From: Alphaproteobacteria bacterium
Lineage (GTDB): Bacteria > Pseudomonadota > Alphaproteobacteria > RF32 > CAG-239
NCBI GenBank assembly: GCA_015062305.1
Contig: SUUX01000001.1
Span: forward strand, 485 to 64,484
Length of the DNA: 64,000 bases
Direction: 5' to 3'
Below the pieces are notes generated by a model. The model did no database searches and was not told the origin of the DNA. It saw only the letters and a list, made by a program, of their open reading frames with translations. The translations under genes were made by a program, and so were the position numbers. Positions 48,694 through 57,746 of this stretch are shown here, one piece after another (position 1 is the first letter of the stretch; each line of letters begins with the position of its first letter).

Positions 48694-50121
48694 GTGGAAA
48701 TGGTTTATGATGTTAAATCGGCCAAGGCCGAAGAATTTATTTGTCATGAAGAAATTTTGGACAGTTTGGCTTATGCAGAGGCTAATAAAGGAAATCTGCA
48801 ATTAATTGATGAAATATTAGAAAAAGCAAGGCAGCGCAAAGGATTGTTGCATCGAGAGGCATTGCTTTTGCTTGATTGTGAAGATGAAGAAAGAAATCAG
48901 CAAATTTTTGCTTTGGCAGAACAGATAAAAAAAGATTTTTATGGCAATAGAATTGTGTTGTTTGCACCGTTGTATTTGTCTAATTATTGCGTGAATGGTT
49001 GCGTTTATTGCCCGTATCATGCTAAGAATAAGAGAATCTTTCGAAAAAAAATGACTCAGGGCGAGATTCGACAAGAAGTGATTGCTCTGCAAGATATGGG
49101 TCATAAGAGATTGGCTCTGGAGGCCGGTGAGGATCCGGTTAATAATCCGATAGAGTATATTTTGGAATCTATCAAAACTATTTATTCCATTCAGCACAAA
49201 AATGGTGCAATTAGGCGAGTTAATGTAAATATTGCAGCAACAACAGTTGATAATTATCGCAAATTGAAAGATGCCGGAATTGGAACTTATATTTTGTTTC
49301 AAGAGACATATAATAAAGAATCTTATGAAAAATTGCATCCGACTGGTCCTAAGCATAATTATGCGTGGCATACAGAGGCTATGGATAGGGCTATGGAAGG
49401 TGGAATTGATGATGTGGGCTTGGGTGTGCTTTATGGTTTGGAATCTTATAGATATGAATTTGTGGGACAATTGATGCATGCCGAACATTTGGAAGCTGTG
49501 CATGGGGTGGGGCCACATACAATCAGTGTGCCAAGAATAAAGAGGGCAGATGATATTGATCCGGATAGTTTTGATAATGGAATAGATGATGATACTTTTG
49601 CAAAGATTATTGCTTGCATTAGAATTGCTGTGCCTTATACCGGAATGATTATTTCTACAAGAGAATCTCCAAAAGTTAGAGAAAGAGCCTTGCATTTAGG
49701 AGTGTCGCAAATTAGTGGAGCTTCTAAGACAAGTGTGGGCGGATATGCACATCCGGAATCGGAAGACGAAAATTCGGCCCAGTTTGATGTGAGCGATAAC
49801 AGAACTTTGGATGAAATCATCTATTGGTTGATGAAAATGGGGTATGTACCCAGTTTTTGTACGGCTTGTTATCGAGAGGGGCGTACAGGTGATAGGTTTA
49901 TGGAGCTTTGCAAAGCAAAGCAAATTCAAAACTGTTGTCATCCCAATGCATTGATGACACTGAAGGAATATTTGACAGACTATGCTTCTGAGGCAACCAA
50001 AGAGCTGGGACAGGCATTAATACAGTCAGAATTGGGTAATGTTCCGCAAGAAAAAGTGCGCGAGATTGTACAAAAGCATTTGATAGAAATAGAAAAAGGC
50101 AAAAGGGATTTCTATTTTTAA
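48694..50121 (+). CDS. hydG: [FeFe]-hydrogenase H-cluster radical SAM maturase HydG (tyrosine lyase)
   Basis: Radical SAM CVNGCVYC (CX3CX2C) and ThiH-like core. HydG-specific C-terminal CTACYREGRTGDRFMELCKAKQIQNCC (CX2CX~22C auxiliary cluster motif), which ThiH lacks. Confidence 0.75.
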   Translation: MEMVYDVKSAKAEEFICHEEILDSLAYAEANKGNLQLIDEILEKARQRKGLLHREALLLLDCEDEERNQQIFALAEQIKKDFYGNRIVLFAPLYLSNYCVNGCVYCPYHAKNKRIFRKKMTQGEIRQEVIALQDMGHKRLALEAGEDPVNNPIEYILESIKTIYSIQHKNGAIRRVNVNIAATTVDNYRKLKDAGIGTYILFQETYNKESYEKLHPTGPKHNYAWHTEAMDRAMEGGIDDVGLGVLYGLESYRYEFVGQLMHAEHLEAVHGVGPHTISVPRIKRADDIDPDSFDNGIDDDTFAKIIACIRIAVPYTGMIISTRESPKVRERALHLGVSQISGASKTSVGGYAHPESEDENSAQFDVSDNRTLDEIIYWLMKMGYVPSFCTACYREGRTGDRFMELCKAKQIQNCCHPNALMTLKEYLTDYASEATKELGQALIQSELGNVPQEKVREIVQKHLIEIEKGKRDFYF

Positions 50122-50171
50122 TAAAATTTTATCAAAATTTGTTTGACTATAAGGCGATATCATGATATGTT

Positions 50172-53100
50172 GTGGCAAGTTTTGTACAAAAAGGATTTGC
50201 CACTTTGATTATTACAAATTTTAGAGAGTATATTGAGTGTTTGCGCAATTTGTTTGCCGGCGAGCAAGCAGGTGCATTGTCTGATTATGCTCAAGATGTG
50301 GCACAAAGCGGCAGAAAACAAAAAGAAGTTAAAGAAAAACTACAAAAAGAGATTGTGGCTATAACTGCTAAAATCAACTTTTGGCGGCAAAGGATTAAAG
50401 AGGAAGAAGATAAAGTAGCTCTTAGTCAAGAAATAACAAAATTCAAAGAAGTTAAACAAGATTTGTTGCGCAAACTTAAGCAAAAATCTCAGACCAGTCG
50501 TTTTGCAATGCTTTCTGATGAAAGTAAAGCTACTCTTTGTTGTCTAACGGTGTTGCGTAAATATTTGACCAAAGAATTGATGAACAATAAATTTGTCGGA
50601 ATGGCGACAGATGATGATGGCAATTTAATATTTAGCCAAGAAGTATTTGAAAATTCTTTTTTATACAATGATGCCAGACATATTTATGACTATATGTTGG
50701 CTTATATAATTGAACATCCGGAACAGGTATTGAGCGAAACGCATTTTAATAAATTTTTTGACAAAGAAAGCGGTTGGCGAGGAATTGTCCATTTTGCTGA
50801 TAAGTATTTTGAAGAGAAGAATAAACGCAAAAAAAAGAGCAGGGCCGAGATTATTGCAGAAAGTCGAAGCGATTTGGAGCTAATTAAGGAATATCCGCAG
50901 CAAAAAGTGGTGTTGGTAAGGCTGATAACTCCAGAGGCTTTGGATTATGAAGGGGCCGCTGCGCATAATTGTGTGGGAGCCGGAAGTTATGATAAGCTCT
51001 TAAATCAAGTTAATAGTGGTATTTTTTCGTTACGCAGAGAAACCAAAGACGGTGAACTTAAGCCGGTTGCAACCGTAGAATTAAAAAATGGCTTAATTAC
51101 TCAATTTAGGGGAATTTGTAACGGTATTGTGGCTTATGATTATAATTTGGCCGCCAGAGATGTAAGCTTGCGGATGATGAGGGCTGAAAGTATTGCAGAA
51201 TTGGTGAATAATGAAAAATTGAGTGATAGTGTGCTTAATTCTTTGGGAATTTATCGTGACAAAAAGGGCGGATTTTTAGATATTCATAACTTGAGTGGCG
51301 ATGAGGGATTTGTTTTGCCTAAACTGGTTGTTGATGGTGACAGTTTAGGAAAATATGAATTTGAAAAATTGAAAATAGAACAACTACAAATAGAAGGTTT
51401 GCGACCTAAAGATGCTAAGTATTTGAGTAAGTTTAAAAGAGTTAAAAACTTAACAATCAACCAGATAGAAGATGGAGTTGTTTTGGATTTGAGTGGTTTT
51501 GATTATTTGACCGACTTGACTACAGAGTTGAAAAACGGATTGGGCAAGATAGTGAATTTGCCTAAATCTGTAACTCGTATTACTTATAGAGGTAAAAATG
51601 TTTTACATGCATCGGGCGAGGTGGAGCGTATTTATATACAATGTAGCGGTAATAACAAAGTAAGCTTAGAGGATATTCCGTCGGCCAAAGATATTGTTGT
51701 AAATTCAATGGGTAATATAGATTTGTCTGGAGATACAATATATCCACGCTTGGAGAGTTTGTCTTCTGATGGAGATTTGTTGAACGAGGTATGCGCTGAA
51801 AAATTTCCCAATTTGACGATGTTATCGTGTTCAAATATTAAATCTTTGGGGCATATTCCAAGTCTTAAGATGATAGATCTTACAGGAACATCTGATACGT
51901 TGATTGATTTGTCGAATAACCCTCAGTTGTTGGTTGCTAAGATTAAAGGCAAAGGAGTAAAACTTCGTTTGGCAGATTGTTATCCTAATTTAAAAGATTT
52001 CTATACGGAAAATGTTGGTTTGGATTTATTTGATGTGAAAAGTTTTCCGCAATTGGAAAATTTGAAATTGGGTGTTTCTGACAGTTGTATCATACGTTTT
52101 CGTCCTGATAGTAAATTAAAATCGGTTTCGATGGTATCTTCAAATAATAATGCAATATTTACACTCGAAGGACAGACTAATGGAAGAGAAACATTATATA
52201 TAGATAATGTTAATGCTCCGGTGTTTTTGAATGATAATATCGGTTTTGGTAAAGTTGAATTTCGTAATTCTTATTTGAACGATCCGCTTCCGGATTGTTT
52301 TAATGATATGGAAACTTTTTTTGATAACACGCGCTTGAGTGCTGAGCTATGTAGAAGGATTGCCGTGATTAATGTAGATTCCAGAAATAGGGATAATGGT
52401 GCGGCACCGGTGATAGATTTTTCTGATTGCCAGAGTGTTGATTTTTCTTCGTTTGCGGTGTTGCCGGCAGAAAGGTTGATCCTTCCTGAGAGAATGGAAA
52501 AATTGGTTTTGCATGGAACTTTATTTCCGGCAGCAGAAATTGTCGGAGGACGACAAATCAGAAATTTGGATTTAGCTCAAGTTTATAAACATCCTTTTAT
52601 TGATAAGCTGGATTATGGTTATATTGAGGAATTAACATTGCATAATGTAACGCAAAATGATTTTATTGCTAAATGTCCGAATTTGAAAAAATTGAATTGT
52701 ACAATGTTGCCGCTTGAAAGGGTTCCCGAAGGAATTACGGATTTGACATATCATTCGGCTATGGGAATTGCGATGGAAGGGGACGAGCCTCAAAGATTGT
52801 TTGATGAAATAGTGGATTTTTCAAGCTTGGGTAATGTTAAAAAACTTGATTTGCGTATGAATCTTTCTCATTTTAAGTCACTGAAGCTACCTCAAAATAT
52901 AGAAAGTCTTGCTTTTATGAATCAGATGTGTAGTATGCAAGTGTTGGACTTGAGCCCGTATCCTAACTTGAAAAAGATATCTTTGAGAAATTCTTTCAGT
53001 GATAAGTTTGAAAAAGTAATACTTCCGGAATCGGTAGAAGAATTAGACGCCGGAAGAGGAGATATGGATGCAATCGGGTATTGCAAATTTGCGCAGTCTG

Positions 53101-53288
53101 ATGGACCGGAAAAGCCGGCAAAAGTGTTTTTTGAAATTCCACAAACCGCTAAACCGGAAGTCATTGCATATTTGCAAAAAGAATGGGGTAAGGATAATGT
53201 GATAATTGTGCCGCCTAAAAATAAAAAAGAACAAAATTTGCTGTCGGTAGTGATGATGAAACAAAAATTATCTCGAGGAAATAGTTAA
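50172..53288 (+). CDS. large leucine-rich-repeat protein with conserved N-terminal domain of unknown function (effector-like)
   Basis: 1038 aa. C-terminal two-thirds has many L..L.L..N/C-type repeats (NLTINQI, LSGFDYLTDLTTELKN, LKKISLRNSF). The N-terminal region contains a conserved-looking motif EALDYEGAAAHNCVGAGSY...GIFSLR. Confidence 0.55.
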   Translation: MASFVQKGFATLIITNFREYIECLRNLFAGEQAGALSDYAQDVAQSGRKQKEVKEKLQKEIVAITAKINFWRQRIKEEEDKVALSQEITKFKEVKQDLLRKLKQKSQTSRFAMLSDESKATLCCLTVLRKYLTKELMNNKFVGMATDDDGNLIFSQEVFENSFLYNDARHIYDYMLAYIIEHPEQVLSETHFNKFFDKESGWRGIVHFADKYFEEKNKRKKKSRAEIIAESRSDLELIKEYPQQKVVLVRLITPEALDYEGAAAHNCVGAGSYDKLLNQVNSGIFSLRRETKDGELKPVATVELKNGLITQFRGICNGIVAYDYNLAARDVSLRMMRAESIAELVNNEKLSDSVLNSLGIYRDKKGGFLDIHNLSGDEGFVLPKLVVDGDSLGKYEFEKLKIEQLQIEGLRPKDAKYLSKFKRVKNLTINQIEDGVVLDLSGFDYLTDLTTELKNGLGKIVNLPKSVTRITYRGKNVLHASGEVERIYIQCSGNNKVSLEDIPSAKDIVVNSMGNIDLSGDTIYPRLESLSSDGDLLNEVCAEKFPNLTMLSCSNIKSLGHIPSLKMIDLTGTSDTLIDLSNNPQLLVAKIKGKGVKLRLADCYPNLKDFYTENVGLDLFDVKSFPQLENLKLGVSDSCIIRFRPDSKLKSVSMVSSNNNAIFTLEGQTNGRETLYIDNVNAPVFLNDNIGFGKVEFRNSYLNDPLPDCFNDMETFFDNTRLSAELCRRIAVINVDSRNRDNGAAPVIDFSDCQSVDFSSFAVLPAERLILPERMEKLVLHGTLFPAAEIVGGRQIRNLDLAQVYKHPFIDKLDYGYIEELTLHNVTQNDFIAKCPNLKKLNCTMLPLERVPEGITDLTYHSAMGIAMEGDEPQRLFDEIVDFSSLGNVKKLDLRMNLSHFKSLKLPQNIESLAFMNQMCSMQVLDLSPYPNLKKISLRNSFSDKFEKVILPESVEELDAGRGDMDAIGYCKFAQSDGPEKPAKVFFEIPQTAKPEVIAYLQKEWGKDNVIIVPPKNKKEQNLLSVVMMKQKLSRGNS

Positions 53289-53306
53289 GATAGGGGTGGT
53301 GGATAT
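53289..53306 (+). repeat. direct repeat GATAGGGGTGGTGGATAT (left copy)
   Basis: Recurs at 53771..53788 and flanks the DUF559 gene. Confidence 0.6.
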
Positions 53307-53655
53307 GTCTGGAAATGCGGTTAATGGTAGATTTTTAGAAATTTCAAGGAAATTGAGGAAGAATCAGACAGATTGTGAGAACAGGCTTTGGTTGCGAATT
53401 AACCGAAAGCAGCTTGGAGTTAAGTTTAGAAGACAATATGTTGTTGCAAATAGGTATATCGTCGATTTTATTTGCTTAGAAAGCAAATTAATAATAGAGC
53501 TGGATGGTGGGCAACACTGTGATAATAAAGATGATGTAGTGAGAAACAGTTGTTTGCAAAATATGGGATTTGAAGTGTTGAGATTTTGGAATAGTGATGT
53601 TATTGATAATATAGAAGGATGTTTAAAAGTTATATGTAAAAAAATTAAGAAGTAA
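53305..53655 (+). CDS. DUF559 (Vsr-like endonuclease domain) protein
   Basis: E..LW..L.....G.KFRRQY....YIVDFIC...KLIIELDGGQH....DDVVRNSCLQNMGFEVLRFWNSDV matches the DUF559 signature. Confidence 0.65.
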   Translation: MSGNAVNGRFLEISRKLRKNQTDCENRLWLRINRKQLGVKFRRQYVVANRYIVDFICLESKLIIELDGGQHCDNKDDVVRNSCLQNMGFEVLRFWNSDVIDNIEGCLKVICKKIKK

Positions 53656-53679
53656 TTGTTGATACACCCCCACCTTAAT

Positions 53680-53765
53680 CCTCCCCCATCAAGGGGGAGG
53701 AAAAAAGAGAAGATTAATCTTCCATCAAGAGGGAGGAAAAGTTCCTTTCCCCTTGATGGGGAAAG
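53680..53765. repeat. GC-rich paired hairpins/inverted repeats (REP/MITE-like)
   Basis: Hairpin cctccccc atcaa gggggagg (53680-53700). Repeat catcaagagggagga. Opposite-sense hairpin tcctttcccc ttgat ggggaaagg (53742-53765). Unusual G5/C5 runs for this AT-rich sequence. Confidence 0.5.
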
Positions 53766-53770
53766 GTTAG

Positions 53771-53788
53771 GATAGGGGTGGTGGATAT
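53771..53788 (+). repeat. direct repeat GATAGGGGTGGTGGATAT (right copy)
   Basis: Exact 18-mer copy of 53289..53306. Match extends to about 22 bp with one mismatch. Confidence 0.6.
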
Positions 53789-53807
53789 CAACGGCAATTG
53801 AAAAGTT

Positions 53808-54392
53808 TTGAAAAAATATTATTGTATAACCTTTAAAAATTGTAAAATTATGAATGTGAGTATGAAACTTAATGCGGTTAAAGCTCTGATGCAATCATTA
53901 AAGTTTGACCTAAGTGACAAACAAGCTTTGGTTAATTTGCTTAATGCAGAACTGAAGCCTGAAGTACAGACACAAAACCTAGCAGAGCCGGAGACCTTCG
54001 GAGAAAAACAAAAGTTTGAGATGTTGTTTGAGGACGGAACAACCGGGTTCTATCAGCGCAAAAACGAAAAACCTGTTGGTATAATTGTAAATCGTAGCGG
54101 ATTGCGGTTTGCAATTTATTGCAGGACGCACGGCTGTCCTGATAACACTTGTAGGAGTAGTGCCAGACGATGTGCTTCTAATTTGAATACAGTATCCGGA
54201 AAAGGGTGGTGTGTGATTCGAGAGGAGCATTGTCGAGCTATTAACAACAGAGAGGTTTTTACCGACTTGTGTGCTCAACTTCGAATACTTGGGTGTCGCC
54301 CGATTGTTGCTAGCAAGTTCAAAGAGGTTTTGACAGATGATGGTTCTTTGACTGCAAATGAGTGGGAAGTGTGGTTCGTGATGGATCTGTAA
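53808..54392 (+). CDS. hypothetical Cys-rich protein
   Basis: 194 aa. C-terminal half is rich in Cys (CRTHGCPDNTCRSSARRCAS...WCVIREEHC). A hairpin plus T-run follows. Confidence 0.35.
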   Translation: MKKYYCITFKNCKIMNVSMKLNAVKALMQSLKFDLSDKQALVNLLNAELKPEVQTQNLAEPETFGEKQKFEMLFEDGTTGFYQRKNEKPVGIIVNRSGLRFAIYCRTHGCPDNTCRSSARRCASNLNTVSGKGWCVIREEHCRAINNREVFTDLCAQLRILGCRPIVASKFKEVLTDDGSLTANEWEVWFVMDL

Positions 54393-54397
54393 CATCA

Positions 54398-54428
54398 AAG
54401 CGGGGGAGGTAACTTCTCCGCTTTTTTG
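54398..54428 (+). terminator. rho-independent terminator
   Basis: agcggggga...ctccgct stem followed by tttttt. Confidence 0.45.
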
Positions 54429-54486
54429 TTGACTTTTTGAGGTGGGCGCAATAATAAATTAGCTTAGGTGATAAAGGATAAAGAGT

Positions 54487-56745
54487 ATGAGAACAGAACT
54501 TTTGGCGCCGGCTGGCGATATTGAAGCAGGATATGCAGCTCTGTATTATGGAGCCGATGCTGTTTATTTGGGGTTGCAACAGTTTTCAGCCAGAGCTACG
54601 GCTACCAATTTTGCAGAAGATGAACTTAATGAATTTGTCGGTTATGCTCATTATTTGGGTCGCAAAGTATATGCCGCGGTTAATACGGTAGTGCAAGAAG
54701 ATGAGTTGCCACAACTCTTGCAAACCTTGGATATTTGTTCTCATTGCAAAATAGATGCGGTGATTATTCAAGATTTGGGAGTTGCTCGAGTAGTGCGAGA
54801 GAGCTATCCGGAGCTTGAAATGCACGCCAGTACACAAATGGCGGTGCATAATAAAGAGGGGGCTTTGGCTCTGCAGAAACTCGGATTTTCGCGTGTGGTG
54901 GTGGCCAGAGAGTTGACTTTGCCGGAGATTAAAGAAATTGCTGATATTCCTAATCTGGAAACCGAAGCTTTTATTCATGGGGCTTTATGCTATTCGTATA
55001 GTGGGCTTTGTTTGTTTTCGTCCTTTGAAAGCGGGCGTAGTGCAAACCGGGGAAAGTGTTTGTATCCTTGCCGTTCGGAATTTTTGGGTGAATTCGGAAA
55101 AACTCACTATTTTTCGATGAAAGATATGGCATTGCAAGAAGATGTGTTAAAAATGCCGGTTACATCTTTGAAAATAGAGGGACGTAAAAAAACAGCTCTT
55201 TATGTGGCGGCAGTCACTGATTATTATCGGCGTTTGCTTGATGGAAAACCGGTTGAAAATAGAGATGAGCATATAAAGCAGATTTTTTCTCGTCCATGGT
55301 GCAAGTTTCATTTTATGGGTAGAGATAAAAATGTAATTGAGCGCAATTTTGTAGGGCATAGAGGGCTTAAAATTGGAAAAATTGAGCGCTTGGGAAAGCA
55401 TAGTATAGTTTTTAAAACGGGTCATGATATTGGTAGATATGATGGCTTGCAGATAGAAATACCAGGTATGGAAAAGCCGTTTGGTTTTTCGATACAACAA
55501 ATGCGAGTAGAAGGCAAAAATGTATTCGTTGCCAAAGCCGGAACAGAAGTGGAAATCGTGGTACCATCGCAAGCTAAAAACTTGTGTAAAGGACAAGAAA
55601 TTTATTTGGCATCGTCAACTGAGGTTAAAGGGGCTTATGATTATGTTAAACCTAGGCCCAATGAATATAGGCAAAAACAACAAATAGACGTGTCAGTGGA
55701 ACTTTTTGAAGATAAGATTGTTGCTAAAGCGGCAGATAAACAGGCCATAATTTGTGGCAAATTTGAAGCAGCTCAACAGCCGGAAAAAGTAATAGAGGCA
55801 ATTAAAAAATCTTTTGGCAAAAGCGGTGAGGCTGATGTTGCACTTGATAAATTGGAAATAAAAAATGATAAAGTTTTGTTTGTACCAGCTTCTGTGCTAA
55901 ATGAATTGCGGCGTGATTTATATAAGCAAATTGAACCAAAGCAAAAATTAGGAATTTTGCCAGAGGTTTCTAAGCATAATTTGACAAAACCACAATGGAT
56001 TTTACGAACTGATAATGTTGGTAATTTGGCTCTGGTCGATTTGAGCGACGTGGCAGAAATAATTGTATTGTTGAATGAAAACTTTAAGGTCTCTGATTTG
56101 AGCAGTATGCCTAAGAACAAGGTTAGATTGGCCTTGCCGGCGGTTTGTCGAAAAGTGTCAGCTTGGAAGCCGATAATTGAAAAAATGTTGACTGCAGGAT
56201 ATCGCAAATGGGAAATTGCCAATTATTGGGGATGTTCGGTGTTGCCGGAAAAAGGTATTGATTTGAGTTTTGATGCGCCGATTTATATGTTTAATTCGCA
56301 AGCAACAGAAATGGCAAAAGAACTGAGAGCAGGGCGTATTACCTTGCCGGCAGAAGATTTGTTGATTAACTTGCAAAAAGTAGCTAAAAACTCAGCTTTG
56401 CCGGTGGTGTGGGAAGTATATGGTGATATGCCGTTATTTACCAGCGCCGCTTGTATCAGAGATAATGATTGTAAAGATTGTAAACGTGGCGAAAAATGGA
56501 TAAAACTTGAAAAAGACGGTCACAAATACGATGTTTGTTCAAAAGATTGTCAGACAATGCTGTTTGATGCAAAACCATATTGTGTGGCAGAAGAGGCCAG
56601 AGATGTGGCTGTTGATTTTTATAGAGTTAGCTTTGTTTATAAGAAATATAAAGTGGAGCAGGTGGTAGATATTTTTGAAAAATTGCAAAAATTTGAAGAT
56701 GTGTCAGTTTATCATAAAGGCAATTTGGTTGGTAAAATTTTGTAA
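54487..56745 (+). CDS. U32 family peptidase (long form with C-terminal extension)
   Basis: U32 N-terminal signature LLAPAGD..GADAVYLG...and E.F.HGALCYSYSGLC..S.....RSANRGKCLYPCR. Confidence 0.8.
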   Translation: MRTELLAPAGDIEAGYAALYYGADAVYLGLQQFSARATATNFAEDELNEFVGYAHYLGRKVYAAVNTVVQEDELPQLLQTLDICSHCKIDAVIIQDLGVARVVRESYPELEMHASTQMAVHNKEGALALQKLGFSRVVVARELTLPEIKEIADIPNLETEAFIHGALCYSYSGLCLFSSFESGRSANRGKCLYPCRSEFLGEFGKTHYFSMKDMALQEDVLKMPVTSLKIEGRKKTALYVAAVTDYYRRLLDGKPVENRDEHIKQIFSRPWCKFHFMGRDKNVIERNFVGHRGLKIGKIERLGKHSIVFKTGHDIGRYDGLQIEIPGMEKPFGFSIQQMRVEGKNVFVAKAGTEVEIVVPSQAKNLCKGQEIYLASSTEVKGAYDYVKPRPNEYRQKQQIDVSVELFEDKIVAKAADKQAIICGKFEAAQQPEKVIEAIKKSFGKSGEADVALDKLEIKNDKVLFVPASVLNELRRDLYKQIEPKQKLGILPEVSKHNLTKPQWILRTDNVGNLALVDLSDVAEIIVLLNENFKVSDLSSMPKNKVRLALPAVCRKVSAWKPIIEKMLTAGYRKWEIANYWGCSVLPEKGIDLSFDAPIYMFNSQATEMAKELRAGRITLPAEDLLINLQKVAKNSALPVVWEVYGDMPLFTSAACIRDNDCKDCKRGEKWIKLEKDGHKYDVCSKDCQTMLFDAKPYCVAEEARDVAVDFYRVSFVYKKYKVEQVVDIFEKLQKFEDVSVYHKGNLVGKIL

Positions 56746-56859
56746 AATTTGGAAAATAATCGTCGTTTGGTTGCAATATGTGGATATAAAACAATTATTT
56801 GTTGAGTGCTGAAGTTATATATGTTTTTCTAATCTTAAATAAAAGATTGGAGATTGGTT

Positions 56860-57702
56860 ATGCATCCTTTGTTGACGAGGTTTTTTAGTTTTTTTATAGC
56901 AAATAAAAATAAAAGACAGCAATATCGGAGAGAACAGGCGCTTAAATATGAGAAACAGAAACTGAAAAAATATCGTTTTGGAGTTTCTTATTCTCTTTTT
57001 GATGGAATAGAATTATTGGAACCATCTATAAAAAGTATCAGATCTGAAGTTGATTATGTGAATGTGGTTTATCAAATGCACTCTTGGTATGGTGAGCCAG
57101 TGGGTGAAGATTTGCCGCATAGTTTGAGTGAACTAAAAAGAAAAGGTTTGATTGATGAGGTGATAGAATATATGCCGGAGATATCAAAACCAGCAGGATT
57201 ACAAGAATTAAATAAACGAAATTTGGGATTGAAGTATGCAAAAAAGGCCAAGGTTGATTATTTTATGACCATGGATGTAGATGAATTTTATTGCGCAAAA
57301 AATGTGGCTGAGGCTAAAAAAGTAATTGTAGAGAAAAATATTACTCGAAGTTTTGTAACACAAGTTCTTTATGGTAGAAAGCCGACAAAGTTAAATTTGA
57401 ATTTTGGAGAGGCTTGTTATGTGCCATTTTTTTGCAAAATTAATATGTTTTCAAAATTAGGGAGAAATTCTAAAGTTCCATGTAGGGTGGATAAGACCAG
57501 AAGATTTGCTTATAGTATGTTTGATAAATGTTTTGTATTAGATGGAGTGGTTATGCACCATTTATCTGAGGTTAGAAAAGATTATGCCAAGAAAAAACGA
57601 AACTCTTCTACTCAGCAGACCAGAAAAAAACGAAGATGTTTTATACTTCATAAAGGAAAAGCGGAGGTTAGAGATGTGTTTGGTGTAATGGAGTATTTAT
57701 AA
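56860..57702 (+). CDS. putative glycosyltransferase (DxD-containing)
   Basis: YFMTMDVDEFY DxD-like motif. GGAG RBS before ATG 56860. Family not confidently assigned. Confidence 0.3.
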   Translation: MHPLLTRFFSFFIANKNKRQQYRREQALKYEKQKLKKYRFGVSYSLFDGIELLEPSIKSIRSEVDYVNVVYQMHSWYGEPVGEDLPHSLSELKRKGLIDEVIEYMPEISKPAGLQELNKRNLGLKYAKKAKVDYFMTMDVDEFYCAKNVAEAKKVIVEKNITRSFVTQVLYGRKPTKLNLNFGEACYVPFFCKINMFSKLGRNSKVPCRVDKTRRFAYSMFDKCFVLDGVVMHHLSEVRKDYAKKKRNSSTQQTRKKRRCFILHKGKAEVRDVFGVMEYL

Positions 57703-57717
57703 AATAATACCGGTTAT

Positions 57718-57746
57718 AAGGAGGAGCCTAGGCTTCTCCTTTTTTG
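57718..57746. terminator. bidirectional terminator
   Basis: aaggaggagcc tag gcttctcctt stem followed by ttttt. Overlaps the last codons of the MATE gene. Confidence 0.5.

Noticed and set aside
48817-49695. 292-aa minus-strand ORF antisense to hydG
   Set aside because: The sense strand carries unambiguous radical-SAM and HydG C-terminal motifs. The antisense product is low-complexity.
53656-53790. Repeats after the DUF559 gene considered as a possible CRISPR array
   Set aside because: There are only two to three irregular repeat units with inverted orientation and no uniform spacer periodicity. They are better explained as a hairpin/REP-like element.
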